Part shown: positions 56,110 through 64,000 of the stretch, piece by piece
How positions within the stretch are numbered: the first letter of the stretch is position 1
Layout of the letters: every line of letters starts with the position of its first letter
IMG/VR virus record: IMGVR_UViG_3300042879_003054
Strand: one strand, 5' to 3'
DNA: 64,000 nucleotides
Source of the DNA: a virus
Position numbers and translations under genes: made by a program
Notes under the pieces: generated by a model
What the model was told of the DNA's origin: nothing
The model's input: only the letters and a program-made list of their open reading frames with translations
The model's database searches: none

Positions 56110-56757
56110 TCAAACTTCTACCGTGATCAGTCGGTTAGCATATTCATGAGCATAAGATGTGCGAGCACCATGAATGCCCCAACCAATCCAACTATACGCA
56201 TAGTCCATGTAACGATTGATAGATTTTCCAGGAGTTTTCATCCTGTCAGCAATTCGTTTCCATTGAACCTCAGTCGTTAGATAACCAAGTTGCGTTTGAA
56301 AAGATGATGGATTTCCACCAAATCTCTTAGCAAAATCACCCAATCCATAATAACGATCGGCAGATGTCCATTGGATCAAACCATAACCACGACCGCAGTG
56401 ATGGTACTGAGTCCTACTACCACCTTCACAAATATTAGGCACGAACATAGATTCTTGCTTAATATTGCCCAGGATAGTAGCAAGGGCGTTTCTGTCTTTA
56501 ATTCCTTGCTCTTGGAAATAATCCACAGCAAGTTTTTCATGTTCTGAACACCCTTTACAAATTAACCTTTTCTCTTTTGGTTTTTCGGGAGCAACCTCTC
56601 GGATTGCTGTCTTCTTTTCATCTACAAGATTCAATTTGGTTAGTTCTTCCAATGGCGGAGGAGGACCTTGCATCTTGTATTTGACGAATGGCAGTGATGC
56701 CGTGCTGGTTGTAACCGTTGCCAAAAGGGGCAAGGCTACTGTAAAGATTGATTGCAT
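56110..56757 (-). CDS. Secreted cell-wall hydrolase (phage tail lysozyme-like)
   Basis: N-terminal signal; ILGNIKQES...GYGLIQWT..R...TQL. Confidence 0.8.
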   Translation of the reverse strand: MQSIFTVALPLLATVTTSTASLPFVKYKMQGPPPPLEELTKLNLVDEKKTAIREVAPEKPKEKRLICKGCSEHEKLAVDYFQEQGIKDRNALATILGNIKQESMFVPNICEGGSRTQYHHCGRGYGLIQWTSADRYYGLGDFAKRFGGNPSSFQTQLGYLTTEVQWKRIADRMKTPGKSINRYMDYAYSWIGWGIHGARTSYAHEYANRLITVEV

Positions 56758-56771
56758 TTAAAATAATTGAA

Positions 56772-56832
56772 CTCTACATCCGTATAGAAGGGGGGTATAC
56801 CAACCCTCTCGGGAGGCACCTTCCACGGCTCT
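56772..56832 (-). ncRNA. Candidate structured 5' leader RNA
   Basis: GC-rich nested stems (CCC-GAGA-GGG; CCGTGGAAGG/CCTTCTATACGG) in an AT-rich intergenic region. Confidence 0.5.
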
Positions 56833-56921
56833 AATTGTCACGATCAAAAACTCATAATATTAAAACCTACTCATAATAGGAATCCTTAAGGATTTTTTCA
56901 TTATATCAGATTATTTAGATT

Positions 56922-57119
56922 TTATTCAAAATCTACAAAATAACCACTGATATATTCCAAAGATAATACTTCAAGATTTTCTTTTTGAATTACCCAATCA
57001 CGAATTTCACTATAAACACTTTCGGCATCTTTAATTCTTTTTTCATCACATAAAGAATGCATACGGTCAATATGATTATTAATCACATCATTGCACATTT
57101 TCTTGACGTGAAGTTTCAT
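56922..57119 (-). CDS. Hypothetical protein
   Basis: MKLHVKKMCNDVINNHIDRM...; start uncertain. Confidence 0.5.
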   Translation of the reverse strand: MKLHVKKMCNDVINNHIDRMHSLCDEKRIKDAESVYSEIRDWVIQKENLEVLSLEYISGYFVDFE

Positions 57120-57537
57120 TGAAGTAATCCTTCCTAAAGTATCTTGAAAGTATATTCGAATTATAATACTTAGGAGTTCCATTGTCAAGAGACTCAGTTA
57201 AGACATTGTTTAAGAACAATTGCCTTGTTTCTTCGTAGTTAGTTTTACCAACAGTTTTATGAAGTGATAAAATAGTTCTTTGAAACTTATCTTTTCCTAT
57301 CTTTTTTATATCTTCTTTTAACTCAGGACAAGAACCATAATATTTTTTCCAATCTGATTCTTGTTTGACTTTTCTTTTCTTTCCTTTTGGTGTTCTAAAA
57401 GACCAAAAGTATTTCCTTCCCAAATATTTCCTTTGAGTTTCTTCGCAATTTATCAAATAAACAAATCCAAAATTCTCTTGAATATCTTCTGTCTCAAAAA
57501 CTTTTCCTTGGTATAACCAAGGGTTTTCATAACTCAT
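57088..57537 (-). CDS. GIY-YIG nuclease family protein
   Basis: GFVYLI...KYLGRK, ESDWKKYYGS, YYNSNI. Confidence 0.75.
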   Translation of the reverse strand: MSYENPWLYQGKVFETEDIQENFGFVYLINCEETQRKYLGRKYFWSFRTPKGKKRKVKQESDWKKYYGSCPELKEDIKKIGKDKFQRTILSLHKTVGKTNYEETRQLFLNNVLTESLDNGTPKYYNSNILSRYFRKDYFNETSRQENVQ

Positions 57538-57600
57538 CTGGGTCCCTAATAATATTCAAGTTATTTATAGATATAACTTATCTTCAACCCTAACAGAGTG

Positions 57601-57638
57601 ATTATAGTCATAAAAAAAGCACCTGTCAAGAGGTGCTT
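57601..57638 (-). promoter_or_regulatory. Terminator hairpin fused with a consensus sigma70 promoter
   Basis: AAGCACCT-cTTGAC-AGGTGCTTTTTTT; TTGACA-17-TATAAT. Confidence 0.8.
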
Positions 57639-57660
57639 GGTGTATTATAATAAAAGTGTT

Positions 57661-59256
57661 TTATCCTTCTATAATTTGGTTGAACCAACCTTCACTCATA
57701 TTATTGATAATTACATTTGCGTTTTCAACTGTTGAAGCAAAGTTGTTTTCAAGAAGATATGATGCTACAAATTCGTATGCTTCATATGCCTCTCTATTGA
57801 GTTGCTTTTTCTCTCTAGGAGTCAGAGCACCTCTTTGTGCTCCTCTTGCTGCCTGCTTTGCTTTTACGGCAGGGTCATCAGACTTGTGAGCATATCCACG
57901 AAGACCATAATCAGAAGAAGTTGTCTTACGAAAATCACCTCTTTGCTTTCTGGCAAGATTTTGTCTTGCTGTTGGATTTACACCTCTTCGACCATAAGTT
58001 GGTCTGTTTTCTAATTCAGTTGCTCTATCTGCTGCCTCTCCACCACCTGTTGATTTTGCAATTCTATTACGGATTGCTGTCTCATCGTGGCCTCTCTTAG
58101 CCATTGCAGTTGCTTCATCAAGTTCAAACTCTTCATTATATGGTTTTCCTTTAACCTTTGCGATTGCAACTTCTTTGGGAACACCAGAAGCAATCATTCT
58201 TGCGATTCTTACATCAGCAAAGTCATTATCACCATCTTGGTCCTGGTCTACTTTTTTCTTTGCTTCGTAAATTGATGAATAAGCATCTGCAATATCTTTA
58301 ATTGTTTTAGCAGAAGGCCATTCGTAAGATGATTTTTGCGTCATTGGTTTTAGTGCTCCTGTTCCTGGAGTTGGAGTTTTAGTGGGTTTTGTATTATTTA
58401 TACCAGTTGCTGGTTTTAGTGGGTATTTAGACATATCCCTTGGAGTGAATTTCTGCAAATCTGCTGCTGCACTTTTCACATCAGGAACAGCAGGAGTAGG
58501 ACCAGTCGTAGGAAGATTGGTTTTTTGTGCTGCTTGAAGTGCCTTTTCTGGTGATGCACCAGATGCTCTTGCTCCTTGTGCTGCTCTTAATTCTGCAGAT
58601 GTTGGTGTTCTTCTTTCAAATGAAGTATTTCCCAACTTACCGATTGCTGGTTTTGGTGCCGACGCAGCAGGAGTTGGTGAAGATGGTTTTGGTGTTCCAC
58701 TTGAAGCAGAACTTCTTGCAGCATTTTGTGCGGCAACACTTGAATAACGAGACTTCTCTGCACCACTAAAAGCACCAGCAGTAAACTTACCAGTTGCTTT
58801 ATCTAATTTTCCTTCAACTCCTTTTTGTTTTGCAAGGACGGTTGAAGATGCTGCTGGTCTTGGTGGAGGTGTTGAACCTGACCCTGCTGGTCTTGGTGGA
58901 GGTGTTGAACCTGAACCTGCTGCTGGTCTTGGGGTAGGTTTATTTCTCCCTTCTTCTTTATTTAATCTATCTGCCAGAGATAGTGCTTCTGGAGTTTTAG
59001 TGTAAATTGTTTTATATTTACCATCTCTCAGCACTACACCCATATCTCTTCTTTGGTTTGTTGCATCAATCGTTCTTTGTGCTTCTTTTTCTTTTCTCAC
59101 TCTATCCCGCATTGCTTTCATAGAAGAAGATGAACCAGGAAAAGATTGTGGCAATCCAAGTGAATCCACAATACCCTCATCAAGTTGCTCCACATCTTGA
59201 GAATAATAAACTTCCTCATATAAGTTTGCTAAAGCACCCAAGTCCTGCTTATTCAT
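57661..59256 (-). CDS. Large modular low-complexity protein, putative internal head protein
   Basis: Pro/Ala/Lys-rich modules separated by acidic xxE motifs; C-terminal YLLENNFA...NMSEGW. Confidence 0.55.
   Translation of the reverse strand: MNKQDLGALANLYEEVYYSQDVEQLDEGIVDSLGLPQSFPGSSSSMKAMRDRVRKEKEAQRTIDATNQRRDMGVVLRDGKYKTIYTKTPEALSLADRLNKEEGRNKPTPRPAAGSGSTPPPRPAGSGSTPPPRPAASSTVLAKQKGVEGKLDKATGKFTAGAFSGAEKSRYSSVAAQNAARSSASSGTPKPSSPTPAASAPKPAIGKLGNTSFERRTPTSAELRAAQGARASGASPEKALQAAQKTNLPTTGPTPAVPDVKSAAADLQKFTPRDMSKYPLKPATGINNTKPTKTPTPGTGALKPMTQKSSYEWPSAKTIKDIADAYSSIYEAKKKVDQDQDGDNDFADVRIARMIASGVPKEVAIAKVKGKPYNEEFELDEATAMAKRGHDETAIRNRIAKSTGGGEAADRATELENRPTYGRRGVNPTARQNLARKQRGDFRKTTSSDYGLRGYAHKSDDPAVKAKQAARGAQRGALTPREKKQLNREAYEAYEFVASYLLENNFASTVENANVIINNMSEGWFNQIIEG
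58851..58932. repeat. 33-bp tandem repeat (about 2.4 copies)
   Basis: CTGCTGGTCTTGGTGGAGGTGTTGAACCTGA(C/A)C units encoding PAGSGSTPPPR. Confidence 0.9.
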
Positions 59257-59292
59257 TTTTAGCAATAAAAAGTATTTTTATATACTTATTTA

Positions 59293-60678
59293 TTATTTGA
59301 TAAATTGCTTCCAATACTCATAGGAAGTCATTTCTTCGTTCTTAGTTGCTTGATAAGAACGAACTCTTGATTCACCATTTTTATCTGGTGCAACCATATG
59401 AGTTTTTATTTTCTTTGATGTTGGTGCTTCTTTCTTCTCTTTCTCAAATGCTTTATGAACTTTTGCGGCATCATCATACATATGAATACTCTTAGCACCA
59501 CTTTGCTTTGCTACTGCATTCGCAACATCAACTTTCTTCTTACCAATATCACCACCTTTCATCCCACCAGTATAGTGAATCTTTGACTTATCTACATCAA
59601 CACCGTACTTTTTCAAATGTCCTTGAAATTCACTTGGTTTATCAAACTTAGAACGAGCAGTAATAAGATGAACATTTTGTCCTCTTGCCTGTTTTCTCTT
59701 AATGTCCTTAATTACTTTCTTATTTGGACTTGAAGTTTCCTTGAACTTCTTAGCACTTTGAAACTCACTGAAATCATATGAGTGTCCTTTTTCCAACTTA
59801 TGAGTATTGAACTCTTGGTTGCTTAAACTCTTAACTCTCTTTCCAGATTCATCTTTGACGTGAACCTGAACATTTGGTTTGCCCTTCTTTCCGTGCCCAA
59901 ATAGGGTCTCATCCACATCATATGCGTGAACTGTTCTTTTTGGTCTAGTTCCTCTTGCCTTCTCTTCAATATACTCTTCAAGAATTGCCGCAGTAAACTC
60001 TTCACTGATATGCTCAAACATCACTTCTGCTGCTTCATAACTTTCTGCAAAATCAGCATCAACTAAAGTTTCAATTACATAATTATAAATGTTTTCTGTT
60101 TCTTCTCTTTGTGCTGCATAATAAGCACCAAGTGCTCTCTTAATTCTTTGCTTCTTACTATCACCTTTGAAGGTTTTGCTCTTTGAATGAACGAAATCAC
60201 TAATTGTTTTACTGACATCAGCACCTACGTCAATTTTTTCATTTACATATTCCTCTTTGTAACCTTTTGCTGCAGAACTCCAATAGTCACCCCAAGATGC
60301 TTTATTTGCTTTTGCTTCTTCTGGTGATGATGGTTTAAATGTTCCACTAGTTTTACGAATAGAACCTTGTGGTTTTCTTACTTTTTTCTTAGTTCTTGCT
60401 TTTGCTGCCAAAGATTCAATTTCTTCCTTTGATGGTGGTTTATCCTGAATTTTTTTTGTTACTGGATTCCAGTGTGCTTCATTTACTTCAACTTCTTCTT
60501 TCTTTACTGACGCAACAAAACCAGGAAGTTGTGGTCCTGCTTTCTTTGCTCTTGCTGCTCTTCTACGAGCAATTTCAGCATCTGCCTTATTTGCAAATTC
60601 TTTTTGTCCCGCAATATCTGGATGTTCTGCTGCAACACCTTCAGTATAAAAACTTTTATATGAATTTCTTAAAGACAT
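59293..60678 (-). CDS. Modular putative internal head protein with C-terminal HAD-like domain
   Basis: Internal YVIETLVDADFAES..AEVMFEHISEE motif; YDVDETLF, ITAR and MYDD (HAD motifs). Confidence 0.6.
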   Translation of the reverse strand: MSLRNSYKSFYTEGVAAEHPDIAGQKEFANKADAEIARRRAARAKKAGPQLPGFVASVKKEEVEVNEAHWNPVTKKIQDKPPSKEEIESLAAKARTKKKVRKPQGSIRKTSGTFKPSSPEEAKANKASWGDYWSSAAKGYKEEYVNEKIDVGADVSKTISDFVHSKSKTFKGDSKKQRIKRALGAYYAAQREETENIYNYVIETLVDADFAESYEAAEVMFEHISEEFTAAILEEYIEEKARGTRPKRTVHAYDVDETLFGHGKKGKPNVQVHVKDESGKRVKSLSNQEFNTHKLEKGHSYDFSEFQSAKKFKETSSPNKKVIKDIKRKQARGQNVHLITARSKFDKPSEFQGHLKKYGVDVDKSKIHYTGGMKGGDIGKKKVDVANAVAKQSGAKSIHMYDDAAKVHKAFEKEKKEAPTSKKIKTHMVAPDKNGESRVRSYQATKNEEMTSYEYWKQFIK

Positions 60679-60706
60679 CTTTTTAGACTGTTTTTAGTTA
60701 TTTATA

Positions 60707-60736
60707 AAAAAATAGGAGGGGCAATGCCCCTCCTAT
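60707..60736 (-). terminator. Intrinsic terminator
   Basis: ATAGGAGGGGC-ATT-GCCCCTCCTATTTTTT. Confidence 0.85.
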
Positions 60737-60740
60737 CAAT

Positions 60741-60833
60741 TTACTTTTTAATCATCACTATTTTAGCTTGGTGACGACGATTTTCTTTTTGTTTTTGTTC
60801 TTTAATAAGTTGAAGGACATTAATTTTTTTCAT
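60741..60833 (-). CDS. Basic peptide (30 aa)
   Basis: MKKINVLQLIKEQKQKENRRHQAKIVMIKK; ATGA overlap with the upstream ORF. Confidence 0.55.
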   Translation of the reverse strand: MKKINVLQLIKEQKQKENRRHQAKIVMIKK

Positions 60834-60994
60834 TTGATTGTTTCCCCCGACTTCTGCATAGAAAGTTTGTTTCCATTTTCATCAACATAAAACATAGTAC
60901 CACGATAAATTTCTACTCTTGGTTCACATTTAAATGTTTGATTGGGACGGTTTGTAGTGTCATATTCAACACCACGGTATACAACTTTTGACAT
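60830..60994 (-). CDS. DUF4278-like small protein (54 aa)
   Basis: MSKVVYRGVEYD...IYRGTMF (two YRG motifs); AAGGAG RBS; directly downstream of a glutamine riboswitch. Confidence 0.78.
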   Translation of the reverse strand: MSKVVYRGVEYDTTNRPNQTFKCEPRVEIYRGTMFYVDENGNKLSMQKSGETIK

Positions 60995-61025
60995 TAGGTT
61001 TCTCCTTAGTTTTTAGGTTAAAGAG

Positions 61026-61194
61026 CGTTCCTTCAGTCGGCTTTTGCGTCTATTTTACACGTCTTTGGTGAGATTTGTTTAATCTCCCAAATTAAATCAT
61101 TCTTTGCTTGTTTAGGAATGTCTTGTTTATGAACTCTTCCTACAATCAATTGTGCTTGTAAGCAAGATAGAATGAGTGCTTCCATAGATGAACG
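61026..61194 (-). ncRNA. Glutamine riboswitch aptamer 2 (glnA/Downstream-peptide class) with ~130-nt P2 insertion
   Basis: CGTTCA-TCTAT...ATAGA-CGCAAAAGCCGACTGAAGGAACG. Confidence 0.78.
61033..61185 (-). CDS. 50-aa ORF nested inside a riboswitch aptamer
   Basis: MEALILSCLQAQLIVGRVHKQDIPKQAKNDLIWEIKQISPKTCKIDAKAD*; open frame spanning the whole insertion. Confidence 0.65.
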   Translation of the reverse strand: MEALILSCLQAQLIVGRVHKQDIPKQAKNDLIWEIKQISPKTCKIDAKAD

Positions 61195-61197
61195 TTC

Positions 61198-61254
61198 CGT
61201 TCCGAGTCGGCTTACTTCCGTCTACATTCGCAATTCGCAAATAGCAGATGAACG
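61198..61254 (-). ncRNA. Glutamine riboswitch aptamer 1 (glnA-type)
   Basis: CGTTCA-TCTGC..hairpin..GTAGA-CGGAAGTAAGCCGACTCGGAACG. Confidence 0.8.
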
Positions 61255-61264
61255 TTAGGGACTT

Positions 61265-61294
61265 ATTATATTCCCTTGTACGTTATATAGTCAA
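61265..61294 (-). promoter_or_regulatory. sigma70-type promoter of the riboswitch operon
   Basis: TTGACT-18-TATAAT ending 10 nt before aptamer 1. Confidence 0.7.
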
Positions 61295-61320
61295 TTTTTT
61301 TTGTTATTTTTGTTACAATT

Positions 61321-62499
61321 TTAGAGTTTAAATCCACTAAAAGAATCTTTTGTAATATCCTGCTTAATGCCACCAACCACATAAGATTCTACTTCCGTTT
61401 CCTGTGGAGCAACTTGAAGTCCCTTAGAGGAAATCCAATGTTCAGTCCAAGGAAGTGGATTATTCTTTGCAGAAATATCATAGAGTGGTTTGAGTCCAAT
61501 TGCCTTCATTCTACGGTTTGCAATCCATTCAACATAACTCCAAAGAAGTTTGTCGTTTAGACCAATCATAGAACCATCTTTGAACAGATACTCTGCCCAC
61601 CTCTTTTCCTCATTTACACAATTCTCAAAGGCACCTCTTACCCATTCCTCTTCTTCTTTAGCAATTTGTTGCATTTCTGAATCATCCCCTTCACGCCACT
61701 TATTGAGGATGTTTTGAGTAATAACAAGGTGCTGATTTTCGTCTCTTGCGATGAGAGAGATAATTTTAGCGGATCCTTCCATAAGTTTGAGTTCACCAAA
61801 CGCAAAACTGCAAGCGAACGAGACATAAAACCTGATACCTTCGAGAATGTTGACATTGGCAATTGCCCTATAAAGTTTTCTCTTTAATTCAATTCTACTT
61901 TCTTTTGCATATCCAGCACCCTCTTGTGCAAAAATCCAATCATTAGATGTTCCATATTGTTGTGCAGAATTAATAAAATCATCATAAGCTCCTGTGACTG
62001 AGGATGCTCTTTCTAAAATTTTATCATTATTCAAGATGGAATCAAATACTTCAGAGGGGTCTGGATAAACATTCTTAATGATGTAAGTATAAGAACGACT
62101 ATGAATCATTTCCATAAATTCCCACACAGTCATACAAGCTTCCAATTCAGGAAGAGAGCAATAAGGAATAAATGCCATTCCAGGACCACGACCCTGAACT
62201 GAATCTAAAAGAATTTGATATTTTAAATTAGAAGTAAAGATGTGCTTTTGTTCTGGACGAAGAGTTTGATAATCAGCACGATCCTTCTGTAAAGAAACTT
62301 CTTCTGGTCTCCAGAAATATCCCAACTGTTGTTGAGTTAATTTATCAAAGACTGGATACTTATATGAATCGTACCTTTGAACTCCAAGTGGAGATCCAAA
62401 AAACATTGGTTGTTTTTTGGAGTCTACGTAAGAAGTATTAAATACTGTCATTCCCTGTATTTCTTTTTTTGAATTAACTCTAAATTTTACAACTGTCAC
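61321..62499 (-). CDS. nrdB: Ribonucleotide reductase class Ia beta subunit
   Basis: FWRPEEV, EMIHSRSY, LEGIRFYVSF, IARDENQH, VAPQETE..SY. Confidence 0.97.
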   Translation of the reverse strand: MTVVKFRVNSKKEIQGMTVFNTSYVDSKKQPMFFGSPLGVQRYDSYKYPVFDKLTQQQLGYFWRPEEVSLQKDRADYQTLRPEQKHIFTSNLKYQILLDSVQGRGPGMAFIPYCSLPELEACMTVWEFMEMIHSRSYTYIIKNVYPDPSEVFDSILNNDKILERASSVTGAYDDFINSAQQYGTSNDWIFAQEGAGYAKESRIELKRKLYRAIANVNILEGIRFYVSFACSFAFGELKLMEGSAKIISLIARDENQHLVITQNILNKWREGDDSEMQQIAKEEEEWVRGAFENCVNEEKRWAEYLFKDGSMIGLNDKLLWSYVEWIANRRMKAIGLKPLYDISAKNNPLPWTEHWISSKGLQVAPQETEVESYVVGGIKQDITKDSFSGFKL

Positions 62500-63577
62500 A
62501 ATCTTCTTCTCCTTTTAAACTTAAAATTTCCTCAATTAAATCATTAACACCTTTAGATGATTCTTTAATTTCATCAGTCTTATTATCATATGTATTTTGA
62601 TAATAAGATGTTTTCCAACCATACTTATATGTATTAAGAAGGTCTTGTGCCATCACTGACACAGGAACTTCATTATTTTCATAATTCTCTGGATTATAGG
62701 ACCAGTTTCCAGAAATTGCTTGATCAAAGAATTTCTGCATAACTGCAACAATATTAATATACCCAATATTGTTAGGCATATCCCACAAAAGCGTATAGTT
62801 ATTTTTAAGAGTTCCATACTGGGGAACAATTTGTTTAAGTGGTCCCTTTTTACTTTTTTTAACTGACAAGAATCCCCTGGGTGGTTCAATTCCATTTGTT
62901 GCATTTGACACAACGGAACTGCTCTCCGATGGCATTTGTGCGGACAATGTTGAATGTCGTAAACCATATGCCTGAATGTTGGCACGTAAAGTTTCCCAAT
63001 CATGTTGATATGGAATGGAGGAAAGTTCGTCTACATCTTTCTTGTAGGTGTCAATTGGAAGAATTCCCTGTGAATATTTAGTTTTGTTAAAATATTTACA
63101 TGCCCCTTTCTCTTTAGCAATTTGGTTAGATGACTTCAAAAGAAAATATTGGAATGATTCAGAAAGACCATGAACAGCATCCCATGCCTCCTGTGAGTCA
63201 TACTTATACCCAAGTTTAGCAAGATAGTGTGCAAGACCAATAAAACCTATTCCAAGAGACCTACGTGCCTTGGTTGAGATCTCTGCTGCTTCAACTGGAT
63301 AGTTTTGATAATCAATCAGTTCCTCCAGTCCTCTAACTGAAAGATCACAAAGTTCTTCAAACTCTTCATCAGATTTTACTTTACCTACATTAATTGCAGA
63401 AAGAATACACAAAGCAATTTCACCTTCAGGATCATCAATGTGTTGCAGAGGAGCAGTAGGAAGTGTAATTTCCTGACAATTATGGACCAGAATATCATTT
63501 GCGAAGAAGTTATGTGTTCCTTCTACAGTAATATCATAGACTGGGATTTCTTCTTCAAGATATTCAATCTTTAGCAT
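62480..63577 (-). CDS. nrdA: NrdA C-terminal half fused to split-intein C fragment
   Basis: 33-aa IntC (VYDITVEGTHNFFANDILVHN), then CQEI, LCILSA, AQMPSESSS, NGIEPPRG, KTSYY, C-terminal CDSCKI; AGGAG RBS. Confidence 0.93.
   Translation of the reverse strand: MLKIEYLEEEIPVYDITVEGTHNFFANDILVHNCQEITLPTAPLQHIDDPEGEIALCILSAINVGKVKSDEEFEELCDLSVRGLEELIDYQNYPVEAAEISTKARRSLGIGFIGLAHYLAKLGYKYDSQEAWDAVHGLSESFQYFLLKSSNQIAKEKGACKYFNKTKYSQGILPIDTYKKDVDELSSIPYQHDWETLRANIQAYGLRHSTLSAQMPSESSSVVSNATNGIEPPRGFLSVKKSKKGPLKQIVPQYGTLKNNYTLLWDMPNNIGYINIVAVMQKFFDQAISGNWSYNPENYENNEVPVSVMAQDLLNTYKYGWKTSYYQNTYDNKTDEIKESSKGVNDLIEEILSLKGEEDCDSCKI
63479..63577 (-). mobile_element. Split intein C-terminal fragment (IntC)
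   Basis: Block F VYDITV..HNFFAN and block G HN/C junction. Confidence 0.92.
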
Positions 63578-63999
63578 TTTTTTCTCCTGTTTTGTTCTAA
63601 AAGTTGTTTAGCAAGTGTTCTTTGAGTTTCGTCTCTATAATAAGGATTATACACCAATCCAGTTTGTTCTTCAATAGATTTATAAAAGTTTTTATGTTTC
63701 CCACCAAATCTATTTTTAGAAAAATGTTTTGGAAACTTAATATTCAATTCATTAATAGCAAACTCAACTATTCTTTGTCTTCCACCAATAAATCCATATT
63801 TTTTAGCAAACTTTACACCTACTTCTATAAGTTCCTCATCAGTGTATCCAGAATAGTTTGGATTATTATAACCAGTAGTTCTTATGGAAATACCATTTCT
63901 CCACTCTTCCTGAACCTCCTGTGAGCATCTTGGAAGCATCCATCCACCAGTTCCTCCTGAAGTGGCATTATAACCTTTAGTATCACTTTCAAAGAGTTT
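63571..63999 (-). mobile_element. GIY-YIG-like homing endonuclease between the nrdA halves (5' part outside window)
   Basis: Frame open to the window edge: KLFESDTKGYNATSGGTGG (GYNxTxGG motif) ... GYNNPNY. Confidence 0.7.
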
Positions 64000-64000
64000 A

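Noticed and set aside
58851-58932. 33-bp repeats as a possible CRISPR array
   Set aside because: No spacers; in-frame coding repeat of a Pro-rich linker.
1-64000. tRNA genes or genome-wide stop-codon reassignment
   Set aside because: No cloverleaf recognised by eye in the intergenic gaps (tRNAscan not run); conserved genes end normally at TAA, TAG and TGA.

Overview
A 64-kb, AT-rich segment of a T4-like cyanophage (cyanomyovirus) genome, probably infecting a freshwater picocyanobacterium (inference). Most genes are on the minus strand. From left to right it holds: a baseplate/tail module (gp5 start, cp12, hub proteins with peptidoglycan-hydrolase domains, gp51, gp26, gp54-like, gp4, gp2, gp48, a split gp53); a replication/late-transcription block (gp32, gp59, gp33, exonuclease, phoH, thyX, glutaredoxin); auxiliary metabolic genes (gnd, talC, psbD, psbA with a PhotoRC-II-like leader, two hli); a lysis-like block; a ~17.4-kb, 22-gene glycan biosynthesis island; a cyanobacterial SLH-porin; modular putative internal head proteins; tandem glutamine riboswitches; nrdB; and the C-terminal half of a fractured nrdA carrying a split intein. 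At least five free-standing homing endonuclease genes are present. No tRNA, rRNA or CRISPR array was recognised. The most striking observations are: a complete 50-codon ORF nested inside the second glutamine riboswitch aptamer; a circularly permuted amidase in a virion hub protein; a stand-alone terminase-ATPase paralog under an early-type promoter between psbA and psbD; host-regulator boxes (RpaB/HLR1, Pho) on phage promoters; an apparent operator copy of a homing site; and the eukaryote-like glycosyltransferase island. All family assignments come from motif recognition by eye, not from database searches.
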